From assembly GCA_002633005.1 (NCBI GenBank), contig NMRA01000085.1:475464-539463 (forward strand): 64,000 bases of DNA, given 5' to 3'. Shown in pieces: positions 26,701-39,602 of this stretch; position 1 is the first letter of the stretch, and each line of letters begins with the position of its first letter. Below the pieces are notes generated by a model, which saw nothing but the letters and a program-made list of their open reading frames with translations, was not told where the DNA came from and did not search any database. Made by a program: the position numbers and the translations under genes. This DNA comes from Phoronis australis. Its lineage: Eukaryota; Animalia; Phoronida.

Positions 26701-29700
26701 GCGGTCAAAATGTTCGCCAATTTACACCGGTGCGTCAATGTTGCGTGGTTTGGTACGTGTGACGTGAAATCTTCCAGCTTGTAGTCAAGCAGGCAGACTC
26801 CGGAGGCCGGCTGGTGGCCGTTATTAGTTACTATTAGCTAGGACCAATATCAAATGTATATTACTCCCAGCTATTAGTAGTCCATGTATTATCAGAACTA
26901 TCGGTATACTTATAGTACACTTATAGTATACTTAGTATTTTATGTTTATCTTTAACATTCCTGTTCTTATCTTTAACTTTAAGTTATTTTGTAATTACTG
27001 ATACTAACAACGGCAAGTATCATCATGGAAACGGAGTAACTAGGCCCTATTACTACCATGACAGCCATTGCTGCTGCTGTTGTCGTGGTCGTTATGCTTG
27101 TTGTTGTTATTGTCACTTTCCTTGTAGTTGATGTTGTTGTTATCCGCCCAGCTATCAGACAATTGATGTTTTTGTACTAACCTATGTACTATTCAAACGC
27201 CAGCCAACGAGAAATTCTGTGACCAGTACTTGGTGCTCGGGAATCACGATCCACCGCTTATCAAAGTGTTTCATCATGGAAACCCGAAATGGGTCACGAG
27301 AAGTACTTTTAATCGCAACCCAAGAAAAGAACAGCCAAGGGATTCAACTAAAAGTGACCAGAATTTACCAGAAGGTAATTTACCTCCTTCTCTATAAGAA
27401 GGCTTGAACTGAGCACAGCGCTATACCAGTTTTCCAAGCCAAAACAACGTCTAAGCAAGGCCAGCGAAGATCGTCTATTTTATGTTGTGAGATCTTTTCT
27501 TTGCCTGTCATCTACATTTTCATATTGGCAGGAAGAAATGTCTTCCAGACATTAGTCAGCCTAACTCTATTAGGTATATCTATGAATTAATTAGAAGTAA
27601 ACGACCCAGCTAAGCCTAGTGTAGGAAAATATAATGCGACCACGTGCTCTGGGAATATTTCTGTGCAATAAATGGTTAGGCGAGTTGACTATACACTGTA
27701 CAAGCGGAAAAAGTTACATCTGTAGACCGCTACGTCGTACAGCTTTCAGGGTTGCGTTCTGTACTTGGCGAGTTTCTACCGAAATCAAGTAAAATCATGC
27801 CACTAAACGGCGAGTGTTTTACGAGTGCACACGGGACCTTAATACTGATATAGAGTACCAAAATGGCCTCCAATGAAGTGACCAGCGGACAAGACTGTAA
27901 TGCTCGCTGGTTCCCTGTATGCCGCTAGGTGGTCAGTACCCAGCACGCAGGTATCACTTAATTTTCCTCGGAAATTTTTTTTACACCGGCGTTTCTGATT
28001 GGCTAGTCGAATTCTCAACAGGCAGCGCTTTATGCAAACAAACTGGCATGATGGACTGAAGTGTAAATGTGGTCTGCTGTACAGACAAATCGGTGCTTAA
28101 AATTTATGTTCAGGAAATGTGAAGCCTAGAAATTGTGGTTGAGCCTTTTTGGAGTGCATCTTCATACTGTCGATGACTTTTGTTTACGATGCTGTCCTGT
28201 AGTCACACAGTATATAGCACACGTACTGGTTAAAGTGGCCAGGTATGTGTTTATTGTACATGTACATGTATGTGCTTCGAGCACGCGGATATTAAACATT
28301 ACTGCAGAAACGAAATAGTTGCTGTGACGCCACTTGCATTACAAGGCTAAAAATCGTTCGCAGTCCGCTATTTTTTCACGGTGTTGTAAAGCTAACTAAT
28401 GGCTGCTGAGGTTACGATCGACTAGGGGTGTGGATTTGGGGTTGTTCTTGATATAAAATTGGAGTGTAAGGGCATTGAGACGACTTTGGCGTACATATAT
28501 ACAATTCAAAAAATCATAATATCCGGCCACCATATGGAAAGTTGGAAACGATTAGTTACTGATTGAATTCCTTTGAGCAGGAGACGCTAACTTCTTTGCG
28601 TATGTCGTTAACAATATCAGACCGAATGATTTCGCCAATTGCGAACGAGCCTTGCATTCAGTGCAGAATATTCAAGCCACAACCGGCAGATCGAGTTACC
28701 AGCATCCTTCAATACAAACTGTGCAAGTCGTTTGTGTGATTTTCCTCATCAACTTGTGATTTCTTTAACAACAAGATTATTTTCATTTCCTGCAGCTTGG
28801 TACATATTTTTGAAGCCCGGAAATGTACACGAGTCGCTGAACATGCCCACAGAAAATCCGATCACCGGCTGTGGGACACGTCATCCGGCCTGGATGAATG
28901 GTAGTACTTAAAAATAATTATTTATCGTAGACGTGAAAATAATCAGACAAAATGGCTTGAAATTCCCTTGCAAGCAGGTTGTGCTCAAACCCAATTCCAT
29001 TTCATGAGGCCAAAGCGCAAGTGTGATACACCTTCAGAGTAGCGAGAAAACTACTGTGACGACCTTTCATGACGGTTCATGACTGGTAATGATGGTTCAA
29101 TACCTGTCGTGCAGGGGAAACGGGATTTTGTCTGATTACTTTTGGTGTGTGCTGTATATTGATTCCTATAATGACAAGAAAACCGCATAAAATGTTGATT
29201 GTGTTTAAAAGAAATTACCTAGTACATTATTGGAATGCCTGGTTGAGCTGGATAGGCCTACATGATTTTTATCAAGTCCAATGCAGTCTCGATGACGCAC
29301 TTCAAATACTAGAACGTCACCTTACCGCTTTTCGGTTGATAAATTTCTGGGAAACCGAAAATGTTCCCAAAATGTACTTCAATAGTGGCCCGGAGAACTT
29401 GAGTATGAAGTCAACCCAACTCACTTTGTTGGTAACCATTTTCGATTCATATCGTATGATGCATTTAAATATCAATGTTTGCTTTTGTTCTCTTTACCTG
29501 CATATCAAGGTAGGCTGTGCATTTTCTTGGAATATAGACTGAAATGGTATTCAAATAAATCGCAGTGTCTATTGGTGTCTGCACCATAACATTCTAGAGA
29601 CAAGGCGTTGACATTTGCAACGGTTCTCTGGTCGTATAGAGGCGTTGCGAATGAACGTAAACATGACAAGAACTTTTGAGGTACCTCCATAAATACATGT

Positions 29701-32700
29701 AGAAAATAATTTGAGATACTGGAGCACTTATCCGTGTACATCATCTGTTTTGACTAAGTTTTTGTTGACGAATAGCAGCTAACGAACCATAGGCCTACTA
29801 ATCTTGAAAGACAGTACAACCATCTGTACCAGGGATTTTTGAAAGAGCCTCTACCAACACAAAGGCCCCATGAAAACTCGGCTTTCATTGAAACGGGGAC
29901 CGAAAAAGCCCCTTTTTTCAGATATTTCGTTTAGGAGGTTACTTAGGACTACATTTAGATGTTTACAGAGGCGTCTCAATCGCGGTGACTTTTCAGATTT
30001 CTTCGTACACTGTACACCCACTGCTGAACGAGGGCGCTGTTGTAAGCTATACAATTTGCCGAAAGAGGCCCACCACTATTCGGGAAATGAGTATTATTCG
30101 AAAATTCCCAGTACAATACCAATTAGTCTTGGCTTAGCCATGTTCTGTAAAAGAGTTGTCGCCCGTCACTCCATAGAGGTAAACTACGTGTGGCCATCTG
30201 ATTTCAGGTACCCTCCCTAGACCGACAGAATACAACGTCTCAAGAACTGTTTGCATTCACAACCAACAACCATGTAGCGCCACCTATAACATTTTTGTAC
30301 GAAACTGTGGTAGTGGAATAATGGCCTATTTTCTCACGCCGTTGACACAGCACGTGCTGTCTGCTTATTGCTTCGGTAAGAAAATGTAAAAACAGGTAAA
30401 GCGATTTAAGATCTTGCAAGAATAATAATCAAACACGCTAGCATACATGTACGCACACACACACATACCACACACACATACATACATGTACATGTACATG
30501 CATAGGCCTACATACGTGCATACATTCATACATACCATACATACATATAATATTGCTACCCGTTCACTCATATCTAATTTTGCGCTTTGGGCTGCTTGAA
30601 ATAATACACAAGTGAAGTGATCTCAGCAGATCATACCCACGCGCGTTGAATCTGTGGAGGGAAATACGGCCATGTAATAAAGTTTTCCGTATTCACCTCC
30701 CGCACTACTTAAACAGCGACCCGTTGACAGGGAAAGTTCAAAAGGTAGGTCAGTGTCGACTCGACGTCTTCACTGAGCCAGTTCGATCATAAAACTTTCC
30801 GAATATAGTTTAAAGTAATACAGTTGCAACCGTGTAACTAACACCCGGCATGCAACCAGGCCCTAAACGTAAAATAAGGAACAAACTGTTAATTATAAGG
30901 CACTTTCTCTCAGTTTTCAATTGCTGAATACTATATCGTCTGCAACTCAGGCGCCGATTCCTGGGAAATTAAAATATCAAAAATTGTTGTTTTTTAACTA
31001 TTTTTAGGAGATACTACAAGTTCACTGCTCAGTTGCCGTTGTTTTCATCTTTGCTACCTCTTTTCAAGAAATAAATCGTTACTTTTAAAACTGTTTCTTT
31101 TTCAAGAGAAAACTTGCTACCTAACGCGCAAGTACATACATGTAGGGTGTGATCCGCCATGTGAACAGTCCGGGTGAAGTACTTGAAAATTCTGCCGAAA
31201 AATGTAAGAAACTTAGGAATTCGAAGCGCATGGGATAAATACAAAACGTACCTCGATTGGTGTACATGTACGTGAAGTAAAATCCCACTCGACCTTATTC
31301 CGCATATCGACCTCGACCTCTGGTCTCGGTCGATACGAGGAATAATGTCTCGTGGGATATTACTTCGCGTACATGTACGCCACTCTCGGTACGTTTTGTG
31401 TATATATATACAACAGTTGGCGATGTTGTTTGGAAGTCCCATGATAATAGTCATTTTATATAAACATACCTCGTTGTAGCTTTATTAAACAGGGCCCAGT
31501 TGCATGAAAGTTATACGCCGTATAGCAACAATGACGACGCATTATCACGCGTCACGTTATTGTTGAACAATGCACCTGACGTCGTGCAACAATCAAACAT
31601 ATGCAGCGGATAACTTTTAAAGCTTTATGCAACTGAACCTAGATTAATTTGATATGTTCTATGTGAGCTTTTGATGGACATCAAAGAAATTCTACATAAT
31701 GTTGTCCGCGATACCGCAATATGCTTAATGTCTTCTCGACTTTTGTCGCGAGCTATTTCGATTATTCGACAGTCTCCGTATGTACATACTACCCATAGAG
31801 GTACAGGCCTGGGCAACGGCTTTCTCTGCGAAATGCGACACTTGTACATGTAGGTAATGTCAAACGTACGCGCTAAAATGCAAACTAAATTGTGTGCTAC
31901 TTTCAGTATTAGCTGAATCAAAACAAGTAGGTTGTTTAGCGAAACCGTAATATTTTGTGAGGCTGGTCGTGTTTTGGCGGGTTAGTCGAAGACGTGCGCA
32001 TTATTTCACGCACACGAGAGTGGAAATGATTCTAATCATATGAGCAATGCATTTTTTCTCGCACAGGTAACTACAGGCCGTGTCAAGGTAACACCTCATC
32101 AGAAACGGGCTTCAGTCCAGGTTGTCGAGGTAAGTATCGCGTAAAGTATGCATGAAGGTACTGTACACTGTATTAGGCTAAACACTGGTCCTTGAAGTCC
32201 AAAACCACGTTGGCTTTCAAAGGACACTGCACTTCCATATTTTTGATTTTGATTAATTTACCACAGGACCGCGAGGTTCCTGCTTAATTTGCATCGAAAA
32301 ACTGAGATCCGGATTTGACTATTACGGATGTTGAAGATTCAAAGATAACTGCCCTGTTGCATACGCATTGCAAAACGTGCGGTTGTCACGTGCCTGCATG
32401 ACTGACTTGGTACCTCCTTTTACATGTATAGCCACCTGTGGAAAACCTCGAGTAATAAATGGCCGTGTGGCAGTCGGAGAACGCGAACGTGTTCCCCCAT
32501 TTTTGGAAGGAAGTCGCGTTCTAATCGACTGCAAAAGCGGTTTCTCTGCACTGAACACGAAAATGACCTGCAGCAACTCTGGATGGACACCGAGCAGTGT
32601 GGAGTGCAAAGGTAAAAATCATGCTCTGAAGTGCCAAAATTGGGCAAATCAAAAAATTGCCTGTGGTACGTACATGTACATGTCCATGAAATTGGAACGC

Positions 32701-35164
32701 CCAATAAAGAAAAACATTAAGCTAGCGCTTTTTGTCACGAAATAAACAGATTAACATGCTCCGTTCCCAAAATCTCCTAGACATCTGCATTTTTGACAAG
32801 AAGTGAACTAGGCCCGAGCCATCAAATTTTATCCAAACCTTTAAAGAGGCTATTACGCGCGCGTTCCTTCACGAACCGAATTTTTTATTTAGATACCGCT
32901 GTCAGATTGGTCTTAACTTGTTCACCGCAAAGATGACAAGACAATTCTGGGTTTGCAAAGACCATTTTTCGCTGAGACTACGCACGCTCGGTTCATAAAG
33001 TTACACACCCGAGTAAAACCAATGGGTCAGGGCTGGCTTTAAATTAACACAAATTTGATTAGGGAGCAGTTTGAGACAGATTTCATAACGGTAAGCGTTA
33101 CATAGAAAAAATGTGTTTTTTTTGTGATGGGGGAAAGTTTATGGTCCACTTCAAAATACACCAACACAAATTCTTGAAACTGGAAATGTGACGTAGTGTG
33201 TCAGTTCCAAAAACTACTACCTGACCGAGTATTAAGCCGCGTTTTCTTGCTTCCCCGTGCTAATACATGTGCCCTTTGACCTGAGTAATGATGCCCGAAG
33301 CAGCTGATAGCATTGATACAGTGCTTATAAGGTTATCTCAAACCTTATTTAGTAGCATCTATTCTAACTCGTAAATGAAAAACTAAGCTTTGTCAAGTAG
33401 CAAATGTATATATTTTCTGAAAAAAGAAGAGGAAATATAAAATATGTTTTGTATTTACGTACTATTATTATTATTACTTAAGCACCTTTTCGACGGAGTC
33501 AATATTTCGTTTATGAAAGGTACATTCATAGCAAAAGAACCCTCGCTCGATTTTAACGAAAGCTTTTTTCAATGAAAACTTGACCAGCTACCTCAAAAGC
33601 GCTGTTAGGAATTTTTTATCAATCTTTTTGTTTGGTTTCTATTACAAATCAACTCCCAAAACGTAAAGTATTTTTTGTAAACAGTAGAAGTCATATTCGT
33701 CTGTGTGACTTTACGCAAAAACTGGACCTGTATATCGAAAATCCTGACAGCGTTGTTGAGATTTGTGAATAAATATTTAGTTTCGAAAGTTTCAGAGATA
33801 TCCACCAAGCCATTTTCGAGAACTCGTAGTCCTAATTTCAACTAAAGTTGCTTTGCCGAAGCCGAGAAAACTGGGACGAGTGAAAATATCTAAGTCTTTT
33901 GTTAATTATTCGGTTAAAGCTTGTTTTCAGTCAATATAATCTATACATGTCTTAACCATGTTAGCTATTTCAACATTCACTTGCAATGTCAACTGAATTT
34001 GCGGTGCGTAATTAACTTAATTACCATGAATGGTACCGTCACCAGGCACGAGGTGGGGTCAAATGTTGCTGTTGTTTGACCTTCTTAAAAGTAGGTCACA
34101 GTTCATTGTTATACACATAGCCTGTACACGTCACGTGCCGCGAGACTGAGACGAAACCAAGTATGAGGCGGATAACAATAATAGAGTCGATGGTTAAGGC
34201 ATGACGTTAGCGTGAGCTCGAATCAAAATCCGTCTTGTCGTTGTTTTTCCCGGCACCACTCTATCATAACTTCATCTCGTTGACTCAATATTATGGTGAC
34301 TTGGTGAATGAAAGAACTGATCAGGGTACTTACGAAGCTGCCTCTGTACCTAGAGGGAGATTCAATTTTAGTGACAGCCCACTAACCTTTGACCTCGGAT
34401 AAGTAGTAAACAAGTAATTGTGCGGTCCCAAGGTAGCTCTGCTAAATCTTTTTTTCTTGCTACACGATGTATGTTATGTGCTTGAATTTCACTGAGAATG
34501 AAAATAAAAATAAGATTAGATATTTTGCTAGATACAACTAAAATATTGTAGAAATGACCAATTTTTGTGAATAAGGATTGAGATGACTTTGATGTTTTTT
34601 TCTTTTATAGTGACTCGTAACCTCACTTAGCAGTGGTTTCCTTTGTGTAAAATTATTGATGTCATTTTATAGTGTAGAGCGAGTCACTATATAAAACCGT
34701 ATCCGTTATCTTGTGTGTTAGCCTCCGCGTGTTGAGAGAAATTGATGTTCCCCTTTTCAGAAAACCTCGCCTCTAGCACACCTTCCGATATTGTCTGGAT
34801 TATTCCGCTGGTAGTTTTGCTGCTTCTCCTGCTCAGTATCGCAGCCATCAGCTTCTGCAAGTACCGTTCTGAACGCGGCAATCCTTTTTCCGGGAGACAG
34901 GCTATACTAGAAAACCACGATGTGCTGCGACATAAATTGGTTGAAGCCGTCCACGTCGGCGCGTGCATTGAGCCAGCCTTGGAAGAGTACAAAAAGTTTT
35001 GCATGGACAATTTGCTGGTAGTCCGCATGGATGTGGAGTTGTGCAAGGAGGCGAATGAAGCGATAGAAGAGTTAAAGGAAAAAAATGTTAAACGAGACAG
35101 TGGCAACCATGACACGCTTTCGGTTGCCACCGTATACCCCGGTACAGGTGGTGGCATTGATTGA
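23663..35164 (+). CDS. Gene B (spliced model): signal peptide + 2-Cys exon + UMOD/GP2/OIT3-type D8C(D10C)-like domain + 2-Cys linker + 1 sushi + TM + short tail, 411 aa
   Basis: join(23663..23720,24630..24716,27204..27374,28796..28900,30208..30375,32067..32129,32432..32611,34761..35164). All junctions GT-AG, phase 1; 1236 nt in frame. The first seven exons each have a same-length paralogue in gene C. Confidence 0.85.
24630..24716 (+). CDS. Gene B 2-Cys exon YDPCEFLNDENSGLSTYNKVCQNETDDG
   Basis: atttcag| ... T|gtgagt; 87 nt; paralogue at 44285-44371. Confidence 0.8.
24797..26215. mobile_element. Foldback non-autonomous DNA element with ~650-bp inverted arms (CAGTGGCGGATCTAGG termini, hAT-MITE-like)
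   Basis: 24797-~25454 is a close reverse complement of ~25585-26215 around a ~130-bp spacer. No coding capacity; no clean TSD seen. Confidence 0.9.
27204..27374 (+). CDS. Gene B D8C/D10C-like exon 1 (EKFCDQYLVL..RSTF..KSDQNLPE)
   Basis: Resembles the DPC.....L...WRST....CD..L start of the uromodulin domain; 171 nt, phase 1-1; paralogue at 47684-47854. Confidence 0.85.
28796..28900 (+). CDS. Gene B D8C/D10C-like exon 2 (WYIF..MPTENPITGCGTRHPAWMN)
   Basis: Matches the WYRF..MP....CGT..P.WLNG signature; 105 nt; paralogue at 48379-48483. Confidence 0.9.
30208..30375 (+). CDS. Gene B D8C/D10C-like exon 3 (TLPRPTEYNVSRTVCI..PC..IFVRNCG..AYFL..SAYCF)
   Basis: Matches the HP....G.V.R..C.....C....I.V..C...Y.Y.L.....AYC signature; tttcag / gtaag; 168 nt; paralogue at 51752-51919. 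Confidence 0.9.
30441..30548 (+). repeat. Imperfect (CA)n/(TACA)n microsatellite
   Basis: CATACATGTACGCACACACACACATACCACACACACATACATACATG..CATACATACAT. Confidence 0.85.
31492..31640. mobile_element. Short MITE-like element
   Basis: Imperfect inverted ends GGCCCAGTTGCATGAAAGTT ... AGCTTTATGCAACTGAACC. Confidence 0.5.
32067..32129 (+). CDS. Gene B 2-Cys linker mini-exon NYRPCQGNTSSETGFSPGCR
   Basis: tctcgcacag| ... G|gtaagt; 63 nt, phase 1-1; paralogue at 52611-52673. Confidence 0.85.
32432..32611 (+). CDS. Gene B sushi/CCP exon
   Basis: TCGKPRVINGRV..FLEGSRVLIDCKSGF..MTCSNSGWTPSSVECK; 180 nt; paralogue at 53071-53250. Confidence 0.9.
33331..34108. repeat. Dispersed repeat, inverted partner of 37801-38480
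   Basis: GGTTATCTCAAACCTTATTTAGT.. and ..CTTAAAAGTAGGTCACAGTTCATTG match the reverse complement of 37801-38480 along the whole length, with indels. Confidence 0.8.
34761..35164 (+). CDS. Gene B terminal exon: TM + one helical repeat + stop
   Basis: ccttttcag| phase 1. TM VWIIPLVVLLLLLLSIAAISFC; repeat LRHKLVEAVHVGACIEPALEEYKKFC..ELCKEANEAI. Aligns with 63213 onward until IEELKEK, then diverges and stops. Confidence 0.85.
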
Positions 35165-37800
35165 CGACGACTATTTAACCTAAAAAGTTGGCTTGGCTCG
35201 GCTAGCCGTTATATGCGCCGATCATGGTCTCAGGCAATAGTGAACAGCCTGATCTGGCAAACCTCAGAAATCTTTTTAACTTTAAGCCAGGAACAAGCTG
35301 AGTTCACTTATAATGATAAATTTTCTAGATCGAAATATGTCTTTTTGACAAAATCCGCATCGGTAAGGTATCGATATCTTCGTGTTGATACACCTGCATG
35401 CATTTCAACAACGGTAGTTTTGCCGATGGTTCTTTTCATTGAATGTAAATATGCTAATTAGCAACGCATGCGTAAGTCGCATTTAAGTGAATTCGCCTAA
35501 TTGCGTCACACAGGCCTTTTTCGGCGAGACCATGTAAACCGGTGGGTCCTTTCGCCGATGTGCCGCAGGACACTCCGTTATTCTCAGAACGCGATGACTA
35601 TTACTTAGGCCTACTCAATCTATTTAAATTTTTAAACAGCAGACGTAATTCCTTTTTCATTGTTCACGTAACCGAATTTCTCAATCAAGATCGATAAGAG
35701 AATAGTTAGCTTTGTATCGTCTGTAATTTAACTAATTTTATTTACCGGTACATCAGTACTGGTACTTGAGTACCGGTACTTGACTATGAGTACTTGAGCA
35801 CTGGTTTGTTTGCAGTCTCACCTATACATGTAACTAGCATAACTAAGTTGAAAAATGTGGCGGCTTACATCAACCAGCCATTTTAGCCACGAAGACGAAA
35901 ACACTTAAAATTTTCTTGTGCTACGCTAGCTTACTGAAGGAAACTTGTGCTCTTTAGTCAATTTGGTGGATCGTGTTTTTTGAGGAATAACCAGGAGTCG
36001 AGATGTCTGACGTGGGGTGCTCAATACCCTGTCCACTTTCGATTTCGAGGTTTTTACGTTTCGTCTGACGAGTCCGCTTTGCTCTTCGGCTTCATTACGA
36101 CGTTTTCCCGTTCATCTAGCCTGACTGGGCTGTGCTGTTAAAAACCAAAAGTTAAGTTACAGCATGTTTGAACTTATAGCATTTCTCAATTCCTCGTCAA
36201 ATGATGATCATGTTTAGTTTTTGAATCGCCAAAATCGCCCAACTACATGTACAACCGAAGTTACGACAATCTCATTTTTTCCCGAACGCTCTGGGTTGTG
36301 ACTGTGTTCACATGTGGTCTGTAATAAGCCTGGTAGATAATTGACCTGCTTGTTGTCATACCAGACAAAAGACTGTGCTTGGCAGTTAACAAAGGAGCTA
36401 GATGTTATCACAGGCTCACAACCCTCTACGTCTGGTAAAGTCACAGCAGTGGAAAGACGGTGGAAGCTGTCATCCTGCATAGTGGAAGCCTTTCCTTCAC
36501 CATTCGCTTTACGGGAAGTGTCCAGGGAGATATGCGGTTCGTGTCAGCAGCCACCCTGATCGCTTTCCATTTCGCTCTTGTATTAGTGCCTAACGATTTT
36601 CCCGAGGGGGTATTTTCATTTGCCTCGTAAGAACTCCGGAGGAGGATTCGTTGAACTGGACGACGGTGACCGGAAAGTTGTAGACGCCTGCCTTGTGCGC
36701 TGGTCGCGTGAACCCATGCCCAGGAGTGTGATCAGCATTCGAAATACACGCTGGCCGGGTGTCCCGTGGCCAGTGCCGGATATGCCGCCGGGCTAGTAAC
36801 TTTTAAAAGTTAACTTGGCACCCGGGCCAGTAAATTAATTTCCGACCAACTGGCCAGGCTGGCCAGCACATTTATTTGCTGAAGAGCGAACACTGGCTTT
36901 GATGATTAAGGTTCGCATCACTCAAACCTTAGGGTGTCATCAAGGCCCGTGAACCTATAGGATCTGACACTGGTTTCAACAGCTCTGGAAACCAGATAAC
37001 CTGGTAATTATACCTGTTTAGTTAAGAAGTTTGGGGGTATCATTTCTCAACTCCTAAGTTGAGCACGTTTGTACAGGACAAGGTGAGCGTGCGAATAAGA
37101 CGTACGGTACCTGCCTGTGGTTAGTGCGCGATTCAACAGAGACGTTGGCGGTCGGTTATCTCAAATCTTATTCACAAAAACTGTCCATTTTTACAATATT
37201 TCGCATGCGTCTACTAAAATACCTTGTCTTCATTCTCGGGGAACTTCAAATACAAAATATACACCGTGTAGCGAGAAAAAAAATTAGCAGAACCACCTTG
37301 GAACCGCACAACCGCCTGGTTATTTACTACTTATCCGAGGTCAAAGGTTACAGGACTGTCACTCAGATCCCCGGCCAGGTACAGAGCAGCTTCGTACATG
37401 TATGTACCCTCAGTCCTTTCACTTACCGATTCGCCATAATATTGAGTCAGCGAGGTGTACTTATGATGGAACGGTGCCGGTAAAACAAAATTAAGACAAA
37501 CCGTAGTTTTGATCCTGATGGAGTTGTGCGTCTACATGCATACGACCGTTGAGAGTGCTACGTCCAAGTCGCCTCACGCCTCATCTGTGGTCATGAACAC
37601 AGCAAGTTGTGAAAAGAGATAAATCCTCACCCAAATTCCTTATTCCTATCAAATCAGTAAGTAAATTGACATTTCTCTGTTTCGATCTCAGTTTTACGAC
37701 ATGCTTTGACCGCCGATTCGATTTTTGTTATCCATTTCTTAGTTGGTTTCGTATCGGTTTCCTTGCAAGTGATGTATACAGACAACATTTATATGTACAT

Positions 37801-38480
37801 CAATGAACTGTGACCTACTTTTAAGTTGGTAAAACAACTGTAACGGTTGATCCCACCTGGTGGCTGAGGACGGTACAATTAAATGATAATTAAGTTAATT
37901 ATGCACTGCAAATTCAGTTGACATTACAAGTTTTCACTGAATAATTAACCGAGTTATTTACTTGTCTCGGCTTCGGCAAATCGACTTTATTTGAATTACG
38001 GAAAACGACTTGGTGGATTTCCCAAACGTAATATTTATTTATCAATATCAAAACGATGTTAGGATTTTTGATACAAAGGCCTAGTTTTTGCGTAATGTAA
38101 CAAAGACTAATAGGACTTGTATTTTTTTACAAAAATCCCTTACCTTTTGCGAGTTGAGTTGTCATAGAAACAAAACGAAAGGAGGAGTAATTGAAAGCTA
38201 TTAACAGCGTTTTTGAGGTAACTGGTGCAGTTTTCATTTAAAAAAGGTTTCATTAAAATCGACCAAGGGGTTATTTTGCCATGAATTTTCCTTTAATAAA
38301 AATGAAGTTTTGACTTTAAAAAGACGTTAACGTAATACTAATAATGGTACATAAATAAAACATATTTTATGTTTCTGGTCCTATTTCTTTCAGGAAGTGC
38401 ATACTTTTACTAGTTGCTAAAGCTTAGGTTTTTGATATACGAGTTAGAATGGAAGTCACTAAATAAGGTTTGAGATAACC
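37801..38480. repeat. Dispersed repeat, inverted partner of 33331-34108
   Basis: See 33331-34108. Confidence 0.8.
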
Positions 38481-39544
38481 TGAATTGACAATTTTTATGA
38501 CGTTTATGTTCAATTCATTGTTAATATTCAGTTGGCTGGTTGAGATGTCGTGCCTCAACTAATAACATACAGATGTATTAGTTGTTTCAAGAATAGGCGA
38601 GCGCCCCTCGGTCGATAATTCTCCAAAATCCACTCGGGCTCTAGATAACGGGGGATAACGACTTCGCCATGTAATAAGCTATATGTATCTGCCATTTGAG
38701 TCTAATATTGTGATATAAACGATACTATGGCACGGAAATTGACGAATTTTTTTGTCGAATGAGCTTGATGCACAAGTACAAATACTGCTTTTGAAAGGAA
38801 CGTGTACTAGTGTCAGATGCACGTGCTAAAATCAATATGAAGCAGAGATTAAGGTGAGTATATTCTCTCTTTTTAATACATGGTTATGCATGTGCAGTCA
38901 CGGGTACAAATATTTTGAGCCTCCTTAAGAAAGTGGAGTCGTTGTTTTTGATATCGTTGACACCCATTTTGTAATTGAAAAGGCTCGCAGTCTTTTCAAT
39001 GTAGTAAATTATTCCAATTGTTCAAAAAAAATTATTTCATATTGCAATGGAACAATTTCTGTCTAAAAGCATGCTAACCCTGTTTTGGTGATTTCAACCA
39101 AGCCTCGTTCTATCTTATGGTAATGCATCACTGGCGTCCCACTTGAGTGATAAAAGCAGAATTCAAGTAAAAGCATTTTCTCACTGTATCACAACAGGGA
39201 TGTTACGATTGTTATGATGCTTATGGTTGTTGTCTTTCACTTGCATACCTCTCCACAAGCGTAGCTCGCGCTTTTTCCGTTTATCAGACTTTGTTAGGCG
39301 TTAGCTTTCTCAAAACTTTAGAGGATTGTTGGAGGTAACAAAGTGTTATCATGTTTTATAAGAGTGTAGGGTGAGAAAGTCGTTAATATCTGTTTATAGG
39401 CTAATACCGGCTTTAGTATCATTTTAGTTAAGAAAATTTTAATAACTCCCAAAACAATTTCCAGTCTAGGGTCAGTGAACACGGTACTCTACTGGGTCGT
39501 GACGTGTATCTGCATGCACTCGATTGAAGATTCTCCGATCCAAG

Positions 39545-39602
39545 ATGTTCCACGCAAGATTGTCTACGGTTTGGTGTGCGTTTGTCATGTTCTTGGGGGA
39601 AG
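39545..39602 (+). CDS. Gene C signal-peptide exon MFHARLSTVWCAFVMFLGE
   Basis: Acceptor TCTAG|GG at 39469/39470; donor G|GTAGGT; paralogue of 23663-23720. Confidence 0.72.

Noticed and set aside
35120-35160. TVYPGT in the gene B tail as an ITIM/ITAM-like motif
   Set aside because: Lacks the hydrophobic residue at Y+3 and is not conserved in C.
35950-36740. GC-richer, coding-looking minus-strand stretch between genes B and C
   Set aside because: Interrupted by stops, no recognisable domain, no similarity to the tail repeat; cannot be supported without a search.
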